Assembly: GCA_937867305.1 (NCBI GenBank)
Contig: CALMKJ010000204.1
Span: forward strand, 14,403-78,402
Direction of reading: 5' to 3'
Length of the DNA: 64,000 nt
From: an uncultured Ectothiorhodospiraceae bacterium
GTDB taxonomy: Bacteria; Pseudomonadota; Gammaproteobacteria; JAABTG01
The notes under the pieces: model-generated
The model's database searches: none
What the model saw: the letters and a program-made list of their open reading frames with translations, nothing else
Told to the model about the DNA's origin: nothing
Translations under genes and position numbers: made by a program
Shown: positions 29,532 through 43,923 of the stretch, in pieces
Position numbering within the stretch: the stretch's first letter is position 1
Layout of the letters: each line of letters opens with the position of its first letter

Positions 29532-30920
29532 TCAGCGCCTCCGGCGGCGGTACCAGATCACGAAGCCGGCCGCCGCGAGCCCGAGCGGCAGCACGGCGAG
29601 GAACGCGAGGCCGATAGTCGCCACCGCAACCTCGGAGAGGACCAGCTGGGTGTCCGGCGAGGTCCGCGCGGGGATGGCGATGAGCTCGTCGTCGCTCGAG
29701 AGCCAGTTGATCAGGTTGAGCCCCAGGTCGAGGTTGCCGCCGTTCCCGAGGAATGCGTTGGAGAGGAAGTCACCGTCGCCGAGGACCACCACCCGCTGGG
29801 TCGCACCGGACTGGGCCGCCGCCCCCGGCGGGGCGTCGGCAGTCTGAGCGGACTCCCGGGGCCGGGTCAGGGCGACGCCCACGTCGAGCGGCCCCTCCAC
29901 GTCCTTGCCGGGATCGAGGCGGACCTCGCCGGCGAGCTCGCCGGTCTCGGACCAGGCGCGCCCCGCCGTCGTCAGCAGGGGCTCGGACTGCCAGGGTGCG
30001 ACCGGGCGGGCCGTGAGGCCGGCAGCCATCGGGAACACCGTCACCAGGTCGAAGTGCTCGGTCACCGCGTGCAACGGATACTGGGTGACCAGGGTCATCG
30101 CGGGGTTGTCGATCCCGAAGAGCTGGGTGGTGGGGTCCACGATGGTCCCCGGCTGCAGCTCCACCCCGAGTTGCTGGGCCAGGGCCTCGAGACCCTGCAG
30201 ACCCCCCGGGTCCGCGAGCCACAGGAGGTTGCCGCCGTGCTCGAGGTAGCCGAGCAGGAGCACGGCCTCGCCCGGGAGCAGCTTCACCTGGGGACCCGCG
30301 ATCACGAGCACGCTCGTGTGCTCGGGCACGGCCCCGGTCTCGGCCAGGTGGACCGTCTCCACCTGCAGGCCCCTCTGCTCCAGCTGACGGGCCCAGTCCC
30401 GCAGGTCGTGGTTGGCCTGGCCGCGGGGGTCGCGCTCCCCGTGGCCGGTGAGGAAGACCACGTGGCGGTCCCCGCCCCGGGCCACCCGCTGCAGGGCGTT
30501 GGTGAGCGCCTGCTCGGAGAGCGTCTGCACGTGCTCCTTGCGCCCCCCGAGCTCCACCACCAGCTCCCCGTCGACCGTGATCCCCAGCTCGCGCACCCGG
30601 TCGGGGGCGGTGTCGGGGTTCACGAAGGACAGATCGAGGTCTGCCTTGTGGCGCCGGTAGCGCTCCACGAGGTCCCGGACGCGGCCCCGGAGCACCTCGT
30701 CCTCCCGCGCGTAGGCGGTGATGGCGACTGGCCCCTCCAGGCGCCCCAGGAGGGCCTGGCTCGCCTCGGACAGGGTGTTGCGGCCGCTCACCGTCCAGTC
30801 CAGCTGCACGTGGTAGCGGGTGCTCAGGAAGGCCAGCAGGCCGGTCGCGCCGAGCAACAGGGCGTAGAAGACCAGGTTCTCCAGTCTCAGGCGAAGACGG
30901 GACTTGCGGGTCACGCGCAT
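29532..30920 (-). CDS. GldG-family ABC-transporter accessory protein
   Basis: N-terminal TM, a large extracytoplasmic domain (HVVFLTGHGERDP, VLVIAGPQ) and a C-terminal TM + RRRRR, typical of Gldg/ABC-type uncharacterized transport system proteins. Follows the ABC-2 permease. Confidence 0.65.
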   Translation of the reverse strand: MRVTRKSRLRLRLENLVFYALLLGATGLLAFLSTRYHVQLDWTVSGRNTLSEASQALLGRLEGPVAITAYAREDEVLRGRVRDLVERYRRHKADLDLSFVNPDTAPDRVRELGITVDGELVVELGGRKEHVQTLSEQALTNALQRVARGGDRHVVFLTGHGERDPRGQANHDLRDWARQLEQRGLQVETVHLAETGAVPEHTSVLVIAGPQVKLLPGEAVLLLGYLEHGGNLLWLADPGGLQGLEALAQQLGVELQPGTIVDPTTQLFGIDNPAMTLVTQYPLHAVTEHFDLVTVFPMAAGLTARPVAPWQSEPLLTTAGRAWSETGELAGEVRLDPGKDVEGPLDVGVALTRPRESAQTADAPPGAAAQSGATQRVVVLGDGDFLSNAFLGNGGNLDLGLNLINWLSSDDELIAIPARTSPDTQLVLSEVAVATIGLAFLAVLPLGLAAAGFVIWYRRRRR

Positions 30921-30948
30921 GGGCGGTGCACCCCTCGCGGTCGGGAGC

Positions 30949-31704
30949 TCACGGTTGCAGCCGGTCGGCGTCCAGGCGCCGCACGGTCAGGGCCAGGAAG
31001 GCGAAGGTGAAGAGCAGGTAGTACGCCACGTCCCGGGTGTCGAAGACGCCCCGCAGGAGCGAGTCGTAGTGCGTCAGCAGGGACAGGTAGCTCAGCAGGG
31101 CGCTCGGCGTCTCCGTGCCGCCGCTGCCGGCCCAGTCCAGGATCCAGAGCAGGAGCAGGAACCCGAAGGTGGCGATGGCGGCGACGGTGGGCTGGTCGGT
31201 GACGGAGGACAGGAAGAGCCCCGCGGCGGCGAAGCTCGCGACCACCAGGAGCAGTCCGAGCAGGCCGGAGGCGAAGAGGCCCGGGTCCAGGCTCCCCCCG
31301 GCGAGCAGCGAGAGCGGCATCAGCCCGACGAGCCCCAGCACCACCACCAGGAACGCCATCAGGCCCAGGTACTTGCCGAGCACGATCGCGGTCATCGAGA
31401 CGGGTGCGGAGAGCAGGAGCACCACCGTGCGGGTCCTGCGCTCCTCGCTCAGCAGGCGCATGGTGAGGAGCGGGACGACCAGCAGCAGGACGACGGCCGC
31501 GGTGCGGAAGAGCGGCGCCGCGACGATCTCCGTCAGGCCCGGCGCGCCCTCGATGGCGGCCAGCCGCCCCTGCCACTGCAGGAAGACCTCGACCTGAACC
31601 AGGAAGACGTAGCCGAGGACCAGCTGGATCGCCGCGAGGATGGCCCAGGCGAGCGGGGACAGGAACAGCCCGCGGAGCTCGCGGGCGGCGATGGCGCCGA
31701 TCAT
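30949..31704 (-). CDS. ABC-2 type transporter permease
   Basis: 251 aa, 6 predicted TM helices (LAWAILAAIQLVLGYVFL...). Its start overlaps the stop of the ATPase gene (ATGA). Confidence 0.75.
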   Translation of the reverse strand: MIGAIAARELRGLFLSPLAWAILAAIQLVLGYVFLVQVEVFLQWQGRLAAIEGAPGLTEIVAAPLFRTAAVVLLLVVPLLTMRLLSEERRTRTVVLLLSAPVSMTAIVLGKYLGLMAFLVVVLGLVGLMPLSLLAGGSLDPGLFASGLLGLLLVVASFAAAGLFLSSVTDQPTVAAIATFGFLLLLWILDWAGSGGTETPSALLSYLSLLTHYDSLLRGVFDTRDVAYYLLFTFAFLALTVRRLDADRLQP

Positions 31705-32666
31705 GCTGCACGCTCCCGCGCCGGCAGGCTGTGGGCACCGTCCTCACCGCAGGTCAGCTGCACGAACACCTCCTCGAGCGAGCGCCGTTGGGGCGCGAGC
31801 TCCACGAGCCCCCAGTCCTGTTTCACGGCGCGGGTGAGCAGCTCCTGCGTCGGGTCCTCCCCCTCGCGGAAGCGCAACGTCACCCTTCCACCCTCCCCCA
31901 CCTCGGCCTCGAGCACGCCCGGCAGGTCCAGCAACTCCCCCGCGGCCGGCGGGCGGCGCAGGGTGGCCCGCAGGGCCGGCTCCGCGAGCCCGAGTGCCAG
32001 CCGGTCGACCCGCTCGTCGAGAACGAGGCGGCCCTGGTGAATGATGAGGACCCGGTCACAGACACTCTGGACCTCGGGCAGGACGTGGGTGGACAGGATG
32101 ACGCTGTGCTCCCCCCCCAGCTCGCGGATGAGGGCTCGGACCTCACGGACCTGGATCGGGTCGAGGCCCACGGTGGGCTCGTCGAGGATCACCACCGCGG
32201 GCGAGTGAATCACCGCCTGGGCGATCCCGACCCGCTGCTGGTAGCCCTTGGACAGGTTGCCGATGAGCCGCCGGCCCACGTCGGTCAGCCCACAGCGAGC
32301 CTTGACACGCTCGCGCACCTCGACGACCCGGCCCCGCGGCACCCGATGCAGCCGGGCGCAATAGCCGAGGTACTCGTCCACCGTGAGCTCCCGGTAGAGC
32401 GGCGGCTGCTCGGGGAGATAACCCACCTGGGCCTTGGCCCTCAGGGGCTCGTCCAGGATGTCGACCCCGTCGACCAGGACCAGCCCGGCGCTCGGCGCCA
32501 GGGCGCCGGCGACGATCTGCATGGTCGTGGACTTGCCCGCGCCGTTCGGCCCGAGGAAGCCCAGCACCTCGCCGCGGCGGACCTGGAAGGTGACGCCGCC
32601 CACCGCCGCGCGCTCGCCGTAGAAGCGCTCCAGCCCTTCCACCCGGACCAGGATGTCGTCGCTCAT
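31701..32666 (-). CDS. ABC transporter ATP-binding protein
   Basis: [52 protein letters not shown] (Walker A), [14 protein letters not shown] (signature) and [12 protein letters not shown] (Walker B). The start is the internal ATG at 32666. Confidence 0.92.
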   Translation of the reverse strand: MSDDILVRVEGLERFYGERAAVGGVTFQVRRGEVLGFLGPNGAGKSTTMQIVAGALAPSAGLVLVDGVDILDEPLRAKAQVGYLPEQPPLYRELTVDEYLGYCARLHRVPRGRVVEVRERVKARCGLTDVGRRLIGNLSKGYQQRVGIAQAVIHSPAVVILDEPTVGLDPIQVREVRALIRELGGEHSVILSTHVLPEVQSVCDRVLIIHQGRLVLDERVDRLALGLAEPALRATLRRPPAAGELLDLPGVLEAEVGEGGRVTLRFREGEDPTQELLTRAVKQDWGLVELAPQRRSLEEVFVQLTCGEDGAHSLPARERAA

Positions 32667-33145
32667 GGGGTCGCTATTATTTCGGCCCGGGGCGCGCCTG
32701 CCAAGCGGCCGGGGCGCAGCGGCGCAGGATGCCCCGTCGCCCGGTAGGTCCGATAGTCCTGCAGGATGAGCCCGTGGTCGAAGGCCAGCTCGGAGGGCAA
32801 CCGGTCGATGGCAAAGGCCTCGGCCAGGGCCGCGTCGTCGGCCCCCACCGGCTCGCCCGTGGCGCTCCCCACGTAGACCGCGCTCACCGTGTGCCCGCGC
32901 GGGTCGCGCCCGGGGTCGGAGTAGCAGCCGAGCAGGGCCTCGAGCCGTACCTCCAGTCCCGTCTCCTCGCGGGCCTCGCGCACCGCGGCCTGCTCGAGGG
33001 ACTCCCCGAGGTCGACGAAGCCTCCCGGCAAGGCCCAGCCCGGGGGCGGGTTTCTGCGGCGGATCAGGACGACCGGACGGTCGGCCCGGTCCCGGAGCTC
33101 GATCACCACGTCGACGGTCACGGCAGGCGTGCGGGGGGCGGGCAT
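32663..33145 (-). CDS. Nudix hydrolase
   Basis: [27 protein letters not shown] is a Nudix box. The stop overlaps the ABC ATPase start, so it is co-transcribed. Confidence 0.8.
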   Translation of the reverse strand: MPAPRTPAVTVDVVIELRDRADRPVVLIRRRNPPPGWALPGGFVDLGESLEQAAVREAREETGLEVRLEALLGCYSDPGRDPRGHTVSAVYVGSATGEPVGADDAALAEAFAIDRLPSELAFDHGLILQDYRTYRATGHPAPLRPGRLAGAPRAEIIATP

Positions 33146-33164
33146 GGGATACCTCCGGTGCGTC

Positions 33165-33191
33165 CAACAAAAAACCCGCGCGAAGCGGGTT
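33165..33191 (-). terminator. rho-independent terminator of rpmB-rpmG
   Basis: On the minus strand: AACCCGC-uucgc-GCGGGUU followed by UUUUUUG. 25 nt downstream of the rpmG stop. Confidence 0.75.
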
Positions 33192-33215
33192 TCTTGTGTC
33201 TCGGACCGCCAGTGC

Positions 33216-33371
33216 CTACTTGATCTTCGCCTCTTTGTAGGCCACGTGCTTGCGCACGACGGGGTCGAACTTCTTCATTTCCAGCTTCTCGGGGGTGGTC
33301 TTCTTGTTCTTGGTCGTCGTGTAGAAGTGCCCCGTTCCGGCGCTGGACACGAGCTTGATCTTGTCGCGCAT
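33216..33371 (-). CDS. rpmG: 50S ribosomal protein L33
   Basis: Not in the ORF track because it is too short. Minus-strand translation [51 protein letters not shown] is a full-length L33. Confidence 0.9.
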   Translation of the reverse strand: MRDKIKLVSSAGTGHFYTTTKNKKTTPEKLEMKKFDPVVRKHVAYKEAKIK

Positions 33372-33381
33372 GGCTGGACCC

Positions 33382-33618
33382 TCAGACCTTCTCGCCGCGC
33401 TTGCGCAGGTCGGCGAGGACCTCGTCGATACCGCGCTTGTCGATCAGCCGCAGGCCGGAACGGCTGAGGCGCAGCTTGACCCACCGCTTTTCGCTCTCGA
33501 CCCAGAACCGGTGGGTGTGCAGGTTCGGGAGGAAGCGCCGGCGGGTCCGATTGTTCGCGTGGGAGACGTTGTTTCCCGTCGTGGGGCCCTTGCCGGTGAC
33601 CTGGCAGACTCTCGACAT
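33382..33618 (-). CDS. rpmB: 50S ribosomal protein L28
   Basis: [78 protein letters not shown] is a full-length L28. Confidence 0.93.
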   Translation of the reverse strand: MSRVCQVTGKGPTTGNNVSHANNRTRRRFLPNLHTHRFWVESEKRWVKLRLSRSGLRLIDKRGIDEVLADLRKRGEKV

Positions 33619-33772
33619 GACCATTTCCTCTTGGGGGGGCCGCCATCACGGCCTACCGGGAGCCGCGTTTTATACCACCGGCCCGGCGGGTGTTCAACCT
33701 CGGCGAGCAGGGGCCCGGGTCCCGGGCGGTGAGGGTACTCAGGGCAGCGGGCGGGACCGGGTGCGCAGAGCG

Positions 33773-34447
33773 TCAGAGCAGGCCGCGCTCCGCGAAGGAG
33801 GCCACCTCCCCGTCTCCGACCACCAGATGGTCGAGGACACGGACGTCGACGAGTGCGAGGGCGTCCCGCAGGCGCCGGGTCACGAGCTCGTCCGCCCGGC
33901 TCGGCTCGGCGACCCCCGAAGGGTGGTTGTGGGCGAGGATGAGGGCAGCCGCGTTGTGGGCCAACGCCCGCCGCACCACCTCCCGGGGGTGCACGGTCGC
34001 CCCGTCGATGGTGCCGAAGAACAGCTCCTCGAAGACGATCACCCGGTGGCGGTTGTCGAGAAACAGGCAGGCGAAGACCTCGCGCGGCTGGTGGCGCAGG
34101 CGCCGGGTCACGAACCGCCGGGCGTCCTCGGGGCTCGCCAGGGCGTCGCCCCGGGCGAGGCGAGCCTCCAGATGGCGCTGCCCGACCTCGAGCGCCGCGC
34201 GCAGCAGCGCGTACTTGGCCCGGCCGACCCCGGGGCGCGCGCAGAGCTCGCTGGCCTCGGCCTCGAGCAGGCCCCGCAGACCACCGAGGTCGGCGAGGAG
34301 CTCCCGCGCCAGGTCGACGGCGGTCTTGCCCCGCACCCCGGTGTGCAGGAACAGCGCCAGCAGTTCCGCGTCCGAGAGCGCTCCCGGCCCGCGCTCGAGC
34401 AGCTTCTCCCGGGGCCTCTCCCCTTCCGGCCAATCCGTGATGGGCAC
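33773..34447 (-). CDS. radC: RadC-family JAB/MPN domain protein (UPF0758)
   Basis: [27 protein letters not shown] (HhH) ... [14 protein letters not shown] (JAMM motif). It sits in the Pseudomonas-like position between rpmB and coaBC. Confidence 0.85.
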   Translation of the reverse strand: MPITDWPEGERPREKLLERGPGALSDAELLALFLHTGVRGKTAVDLARELLADLGGLRGLLEAEASELCARPGVGRAKYALLRAALEVGQRHLEARLARGDALASPEDARRFVTRRLRHQPREVFACLFLDNRHRVIVFEELFFGTIDGATVHPREVVRRALAHNAAALILAHNHPSGVAEPSRADELVTRRLRDALALVDVRVLDHLVVGDGEVASFAERGLL

Positions 34448-34554
34448 GGGACCTCCCGTCCGTGGCGGCTTGCCCTCCAGCGTCGGCCAGAAGCACGGCC
34501 GGCGCCATCGTCGATTCTCTCCATCCCTGCAGGAACGTTTAGACTAGAGCGAGC

Positions 34555-35763
34555 ATGGTTTCCCTCGGCGGCCAGCGCATCCTGCTCGGAGTGACCGGCG
34601 GCATCGCCGCTTACAAGGCCGCTGCGCTCGTGCGCGAGCTGAAGAAGGCCGGCGCCGACGTCCAGGTGGTGATGACCGACGCGGCCCGCGCCTTCGTCAC
34701 CCCGCTGACCTTCCAGGCGCTCAGTGGCCGCCCGGTCCGCCACGCGCTGCTGGACCCGGCGGAGGAATCCGGCCTGGACCACATCGGTCTCGCCCGCTGG
34801 GCCGAGCTGGTGCTGATCGCCCCGGCGACCGCGGACTTCCTCGCCCGGCTCGCCGCGGGGCTGGCCGGCGACCTGCTGTCCACCCTGTGCCTCGCCACGA
34901 CGGCGCCCATTGCCGTGGCACCCGCGATGAACCACCGGATGTGGGAGGCCGCGGCCACGCGCGCCAACGTCGAGGTGCTGCGCGGGCGCGGCGTGCAGGT
35001 CCTCGGCCCCGCCGAAGGGGACCAGGCCTGCGGCGAGAGCGGGGCCGGGCGCATGCTGGAGCCGGAGGCGCTTGCCGCCTGGGTCACCGACCGCCAGGCC
35101 CCGCGCCCTCTCGCCGGCCGCACGGTCCTCGTCACCGCGGGACCCACGAGGGAGCCGCTCGACCCGGTGCGTTACCTCTCCAACCGCAGCTCGGGGAAGA
35201 TGGGCTATGCGGTCGCCGCGGCGGCGGCGCGGGCCGGCGCCCGTGTCGTCCTGGTGAGCGGCCCGGTGGGGCTCGCCGCGCCCGAAGGGGTCGAGCAGGT
35301 GAGCGTGGAGACGGCGGAGGAGATGCTGCGGGCGGTCCAGCGCCACGCCGGCGGGGCGGACGTCTTCGTGGCGGCCGCCGCGGTCGCCGACTACCGGCCC
35401 CGCGAGCCCTCCCCCCGGAAGGTCAAGCGGAGCGCCGCGCTCCTCAACCTGGCGCTCGAGCCCACGCCCGACGTGCTGGGCTGGGTGGCGGGGCTGCCCC
35501 GGCGCCCGTTCCTGGTGGGCTTCGCGGCCGAGACCGAGGACCTGGAAACCAACGCCCGGCGGAAGCTCGAGCGCAAGGGGCTCGACCTGGTCGCGGCCAA
35601 CCGGGTCGGCGTGCCGGGGACCGGCTTCGACGCCGACGAGAACGAGCTCGACGTCTACTGGGAGGGCGGGTCCCGGCGGCTCGCCCGGGCCCCCAAGACG
35701 GTGCTCGGCCGGGAGCTCGTGGCACTCATCGGGGAACGGCTCGGTGCCCAGGGTCGCGCTTAA
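34555..35763 (+). CDS. coaBC: bifunctional phosphopantothenoylcysteine decarboxylase/phosphopantothenate-cysteine ligase
   Basis: [36 protein letters not shown]...PAMNHRMWE (flavoprotein domain) plus a CoaB domain ([26 protein letters not shown]). Confidence 0.93.
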   Translation: MVSLGGQRILLGVTGGIAAYKAAALVRELKKAGADVQVVMTDAARAFVTPLTFQALSGRPVRHALLDPAEESGLDHIGLARWAELVLIAPATADFLARLAAGLAGDLLSTLCLATTAPIAVAPAMNHRMWEAAATRANVEVLRGRGVQVLGPAEGDQACGESGAGRMLEPEALAAWVTDRQAPRPLAGRTVLVTAGPTREPLDPVRYLSNRSSGKMGYAVAAAAARAGARVVLVSGPVGLAAPEGVEQVSVETAEEMLRAVQRHAGGADVFVAAAAVADYRPREPSPRKVKRSAALLNLALEPTPDVLGWVAGLPRRPFLVGFAAETEDLETNARRKLERKGLDLVAANRVGVPGTGFDADENELDVYWEGGSRRLARAPKTVLGRELVALIGERLGAQGRA

Positions 35764-36199
35764 GCTCGTCGACCCGCGCCTGGGGCGTGAATTCCCCCTG
35801 CCGGAGTACGCGACCGAGGGCTCCGCGGGGGTCGACCTGCGCGCGTGCCTCGACGCGCCCCTGACGATCGCGCCGGGGGAGACCCACCTGATCCCCACCG
35901 GACTTGCAATCCACATCGCGGACCCGGGGATCGCCGCCGTCGTCCTGCCGCGCTCGGGCCTCGGCCACCGCCACGGCATCGTGCTCGGGAATCTGGTGGG
36001 CCTGATTGACTCGGATTATCAGGGACAAGTATATGTTTCGTGCTGGAACCGCGGCGGCGAGGCCTATGCGATCCAGCCCGGTGAGCGCATCGCACAGCTC
36101 GTCTTCCTGCCGGTGCTGCGGGTGGACTTCGAGGTCGTCGGGGACTTCGAGCCCAGCCGGCGCGGCGAGGGGGGATTCGGCTCCTCCGGACGGAGCTAG
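35744..36199 (+). CDS. dut: dUTP diphosphatase
   Basis: [16 protein letters not shown]...[27 protein letters not shown]...GERIAQLVF...[11 protein letters not shown] matches Dut. Its 5' end overlaps coaBC by 20 nt. Confidence 0.93.
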   Translation: MPRVALKLVDPRLGREFPLPEYATEGSAGVDLRACLDAPLTIAPGETHLIPTGLAIHIADPGIAAVVLPRSGLGHRHGIVLGNLVGLIDSDYQGQVYVSCWNRGGEAYAIQPGERIAQLVFLPVLRVDFEVVGDFEPSRRGEGGFGSSGRS

Positions 36200-36239
36200 G
36201 ACCGCACGACTAGAGACACCGCCGGCGCCGGGAGGTGCC

Positions 36240-40153
<3,914 letters not shown>

Positions 40154-40157
<4 letters not shown>

Positions 40158-40645
40158 GCCGCACCCCCCTGGTCGACGGGGCCCCGCTGCCTCTGCTCGA
40201 CGAGACGCTGACCCTGCGGGTGAGGACGGGAGCGCGGACCGTGGTGCGCCGCGCAGGCGCCGAGCTCCACCTGTCGGCGCCGGACAGCGGCGAGACGACC
40301 CTGCGGGCCGCCCTCGAGCACTGGCTGCGGGGCGAGGCGCGCCGGGAGCTGCCGGCCCGGCTGGCGGAGATCGGGCGACCCCTCGGCCTGCGGCCTTCCC
40401 GGGTCGTCGTCCGCGGCCAGCGCACCCGCTGGGGCAGCTGCTCGAGCCTCGGGACCATCAGCCTGAACTGGCGGCTCCTGCTGGTGCCCTCCGCCCTGGT
40501 GGACTACGTGCTGCTCCACGAGCTCTGCCACCTGCGCCACCTGAACCACTCCCGCGCCTTCTGGGGGCTGGTGGCGGCTCACATGCCGGACTGGGCCGCG
40601 CGCAGGGCCCGCCTGCGGGCGTTGCAGGGGAGGCTCGCTCTGTAA
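40154..40645 (+). CDS. YgjP-like (DUF45/M48-related) zinc metallohydrolase
   Basis: ...RTRWGSCSSLGTISLNWRLLLVPSALVDYVLLHELCHLRHLNHSRAFWGLV carries the HExxH motif in DUF45 context. The GTG start overlaps the slmA stop (GTGA); the ORF-track start at 40004 lies inside slmA. Confidence 0.6.
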
Positions 40646-40734
40646 GGCTCGCGCGGACCCGCGGGACCACCCGCAGCGCGGGGTCGCTCGCGGTGAAGGA
40701 CCGCCCCGGGACCCCGGACCGCCCGCCCCGGCCC

Positions 40735-41397
40735 CTAGGGGCTGCCCGGCTTGACGGCGCCGCTCTTCAGCGCCCGGAAGCGCTGCACGTCGGAGTCGAA
40801 CTTCGACCGGATCTCGCCCTGCTCGCGCCGCTGGTCCGCGACGAACTGGCGGTGCTCGGCGATCTGCCGGTCCACCTGGAGGAGGTCCTCGCGCAGACTG
40901 GCGGACATCGACTTGCCGGCCCGCTCCTCCAGGGCCGCCTGCTCCTGCAGCTGGCGGTGATTCTTCTCCAGGTCGGCGATACGCCCCTCCAGGAGCCGGA
41001 CCCGGGACTCGATCACCGCGAGCTTGCCGTCACGGGTGAGCACCAGGTCCTCCTCGGTCGTGAAGGTGTGCAGGAGGACCCGATCCTGGACCGCCCGCTC
41101 GGAGGCACGCTGGCGGTCTGCCTGCTCGGTCTCGGCGCGCTGGCGCTCGGCCTCCATCTCTTCGGGGGTCTTCGCGCCCTCCACCTCCCGGACCGTGCCG
41201 GACGGGGTGACCTGCGAGTGGCCGCCCTGGGCGTACTCGGGGGGCACCACGTTACCGCACTCCCGCAGGCCGTCCTTGTTGACCCAGCACTTGATGGCAG
41301 GCCCGGGGGCGCGGGCGCCCGCCGCAGCGGCCGGCAGGCCGAGGCAGACCATCACCGAGAGGGCAGTCCAGCGGGCCCACGCAGGCGTCCGGTTCAT
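40735..41397 (-). CDS. DUF4124-like exported coiled-coil protein
   Basis: Signal peptide MNRTPAWARWTALSVMVCLGLPAAAAG, a CWVNKDGLRECGNVVPPEY motif, then a long Glu/Arg/Gln-rich coiled coil. Confidence 0.5.
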   Translation of the reverse strand: MNRTPAWARWTALSVMVCLGLPAAAAGARAPGPAIKCWVNKDGLRECGNVVPPEYAQGGHSQVTPSGTVREVEGAKTPEEMEAERQRAETEQADRQRASERAVQDRVLLHTFTTEEDLVLTRDGKLAVIESRVRLLEGRIADLEKNHRQLQEQAALEERAGKSMSASLREDLLQVDRQIAEHRQFVADQRREQGEIRSKFDSDVQRFRALKSGAVKPGSP

Positions 41398-41484
41398 GGG
41401 AGGATCCTCACACGCGTGACCTCAGTTAGTCGGCAGGCCCTGGCGTCCTTTGAGCCTGCTCCGTCCGGGCAGTCCCCTTCCCCG

Positions 41485-42177
41485 TCAGAGGCCCGCGAGC
41501 CCCCGCCACAGCTGCACCACCCCGAATGCCGCCACCAGCGCCCCGGCCACGGCGCGCACCGCGGGACGCTGGAGGAGCGGCGTGAGCCGCGCCGCCGCAG
41601 CCCCCAGGGCGAGCAGCGTCGGCAGCGTGCCCACACCGAAGCTCGCCATCAGGAGCCCGCCGCCGACCGCCGACCCGGCGGAGAGCGCCCACACCAGCAC
41701 GCTGTAGACCAGGCCGCAAGGGAGCCAGCCCCAGACCACCCCGAGCAGCCAGGCGTCCCGAACCGAGCGCACTGGCACCAGCCGCCGCCCGAGCGGTTGC
41801 AGCCGCCGCCAGAGGTGGCTCCCGGCCTGCTCCAGGCGGGCGAGGCCCTGCCACCACCCCGCCAGGTACAGGCCGAGCACGACCATGAACGCACCGGCCA
41901 GCACCGAGAGCGCCGCTTCGGCGAGCTTGAGCCCCCCCAGGCCGGAGACCGCCGCCGCCCCCACAGCCCCGAACGCGGCACCGGCCACGACGTAACTCGT
42001 GATCCGCCCGGCATTGTAGGCGAGCAGGTACGGGAGGGTCCGCCCCAGCGACCCCCGGCGCTCGGGCGGGAGCGTGAACGCAAGCGCCCCGACGACCCCG
42101 CCGCACATGCCCACGCAGTGCACGCCGCCCAGGAGACCCACGAGGGCGGCGGAGAGCAGTTGCAGGGGCTCGGGCAT
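41485..42177 (-). CDS. COG2836/UreH-like (sulfite-exporter TauE/SafE-type) membrane protein with HCxxMCGG motif
   Basis: LLGGVHCVGMCGGVVGAL at the N-terminus, about 6 TM helices and a second Cys pair (WGWLPCGLVY). Family recalled from the motif only. Confidence 0.5.
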   Translation of the reverse strand: MPEPLQLLSAALVGLLGGVHCVGMCGGVVGALAFTLPPERRGSLGRTLPYLLAYNAGRITSYVVAGAAFGAVGAAAVSGLGGLKLAEAALSVLAGAFMVVLGLYLAGWWQGLARLEQAGSHLWRRLQPLGRRLVPVRSVRDAWLLGVVWGWLPCGLVYSVLVWALSAGSAVGGGLLMASFGVGTLPTLLALGAAAARLTPLLQRPAVRAVAGALVAAFGVVQLWRGLAGL

Positions 42178-42371
42178 CGGGGCTCAGGGCTGGCGTGCTG
42201 GCTCGGGCTGGGGCACAGGTCAGGTGGCGGGGCAGTGCCTCTGGGCACGGGACACCAGTCTAGCCGTTCGGCCCCCCTCGGCCCAACGGGCGTATCCCCC
42301 GCCCGGCGGCGCTCGGGACCGCCCGCGGGCACATCGGCTAGACTCCGGCGGTCACCACCCCTGAGGTCGCG

Positions 42372-43049
42372 ATGAAGAGCTACCAGAGCGCGTTCGTCGA
42401 GCTCGCCCTGCGCCGCGAGGTGCTGCGGTTCGGGCGATTCACCCTGAAGTCCGGGCGCGAGAGCCCCTATTTCTTCAATACCGGCCTGTTCAACACCGGC
42501 GCGGCCCTGGCGCAGCTCGGCCAGGCCTACGCCCAGGCGATCGTCGACTGGGGCGTCAGTTTCGACATGCTGTTCGGCCCCGCCTACAAGGGCATCCCCC
42601 TGGTCGCGGCCACCGCGGTGGCGCTCGCCGAACGGCACGAGCGCGACGTGCCCTTCGCCTTCAACCGCAAGGAGGCGAAAGACCACGGCGAGGGCGGCCG
42701 GGTGGTCGGCGCCCCCCTCTCCGGACGCGTGCTGGTCCTGGACGACGTGATCTCCGCGGGCACCTCCGTGCGGGAATCGGTCGACCTGATCGAATCGTCC
42801 GGGGCGCGCGTCGCCGGCGTCTGCATTGCCCTCGACCGGCAGGAGCGGGGCACCGGCCCGCAGTCGGCGGTCGCCGAGGTCGAGGAGCGCTTCGGCATCC
42901 CCGTGCGCAGCATCGTGGCGCTGGACCAGCTGGTCACCTGGCTGGAGGGTCAGTCCGGCATGAGCCAGGTCCTCGCGGACGTCCGGGCCTACCGGGAGCG
43001 GTACGGGACCTCGGGTGAAGCGGCGGGGCGCCTTCCCCCTGGGGACTAG
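42372..43049 (+). CDS. pyrE: orotate phosphoribosyltransferase
   Basis: [50 protein letters not shown]...[13 protein letters not shown] (PRPP-binding) matches PyrE. Confidence 0.93.
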   Translation: MKSYQSAFVELALRREVLRFGRFTLKSGRESPYFFNTGLFNTGAALAQLGQAYAQAIVDWGVSFDMLFGPAYKGIPLVAATAVALAERHERDVPFAFNRKEAKDHGEGGRVVGAPLSGRVLVLDDVISAGTSVRESVDLIESSGARVAGVCIALDRQERGTGPQSAVAEVEERFGIPVRSIVALDQLVTWLEGQSGMSQVLADVRAYRERYGTSGEAAGRLPPGD

Positions 43050-43351
43050 CCGGGAAGGCAGGGCTCCGGGAGCCACGGCGGGCGGCGGCGGGGGCCGGTG
43101 ACGCGCACCCGCTTCTCCCGGCCCGCGTGCCCGGCGATGACCTCGACCCGGGAGGCCGGGACCCCGAACTCTTCGGCGAGGAACCTCACCAGGTGGGCGT
43201 TGGCCGCGCCCTCGACGGGCGGCGCGGTGATCCGCACCTTCAGGCGGTCACCCAGGGGGGGCATCACCTCGTCCCGGCTCGCCCGCGGCTGAACGCGCAG
43301 CGCCAGCACGAGGGCCCCGCCCTCGTGCCGGCACCAGGCAGGAACCGTCAC
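43046..43351 (-). CDS. yggU: YggU/DUF167 family protein
   Basis: GTG-start: [29 protein letters not shown]...[35 protein letters not shown] aligns with E. coli YggU. The ORF-track N-terminal extension is discarded. Confidence 0.75.
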   Translation of the reverse strand: MTVPAWCRHEGGALVLALRVQPRASRDEVMPPLGDRLKVRITAPPVEGAANAHLVRFLAEEFGVPASRVEVIAGHAGREKRVRVTGPRRRPPWLPEPCLPG

Positions 43352-43923
43352 AGAAGGGCGCGACCCAGGTCGCGGACCGGGGCCACCACGAGCAGGGAGG
43401 CGAGCTGCAGTACGAGCAGGATGAGGACGGGCGACAGGTCCCACCCCGAGACGGGCGGCAGGATGCGCCGCGCCACACGGTTGAGCGGGGCGTTCAGGTC
43501 ACGGATGAGCCCGACCGCCGGGTTGTAGGTGTTCGGCGCCAACCAGCTGAGGAGCACCTGGACCAGGACCGAGACCATGAAGACGCTGATGGCCAGGTCG
43601 ATGAGATCGGCCACGGCCAGGATCAGGGCCGCCACGGGGCCCGCCCCCACCCCCTGGATGCCCAGCACGACCCAGCGCTCCAGGAACTTGAGCGCGAGCA
43701 TCAGCACCAGCGCCGCCAGGTCCACGCCCCCGAGCCCCGGGACGAAGCGCCGCAGGAAGCGCAGCGGCGGGTTGGTGAGCTGCACCACGAACTGCGAGAC
43801 CGGGTTGTAGAAGTCCGCGCGCACCCACTGGAACAGGAAGCGGAGCATCACCACCAGGATGTACAGGTCGAAGACGGTGGTGACGAGGAACGCCAGGGCG
43901 TCCGCCAGGTAGGAGTCCCTCAC
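43348..43923 (-). CDS. yggT: YggT-family inner-membrane protein
   Basis: 191 aa with 4-5 TM helices, in the conserved proC-yggT-yggU order. Confidence 0.8.
   Translation of the reverse strand: MRDSYLADALAFLVTTVFDLYILVVMLRFLFQWVRADFYNPVSQFVVQLTNPPLRFLRRFVPGLGGVDLAALVLMLALKFLERWVVLGIQGVGAGPVAALILAVADLIDLAISVFMVSVLVQVLLSWLAPNTYNPAVGLIRDLNAPLNRVARRILPPVSGWDLSPVLILLVLQLASLLVVAPVRDLGRALL

Noticed and set aside
36006-36239. ORF-track start of the algC frame at 36006
   Set aside because: That start lies inside dut (35744-36199). The first ATG after the dut stop (36240) was used instead.
42178-42371. 194-bp GC-rich divergent intergenic region between the COG2836 gene and pyrE with repeated GGCTGG/GGCTCGGG motifs
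   Set aside because: It could host an sRNA or regulatory site, but I see no terminator, no conserved riboswitch-like structure and no clear -10/-35 elements, so nothing I can support.
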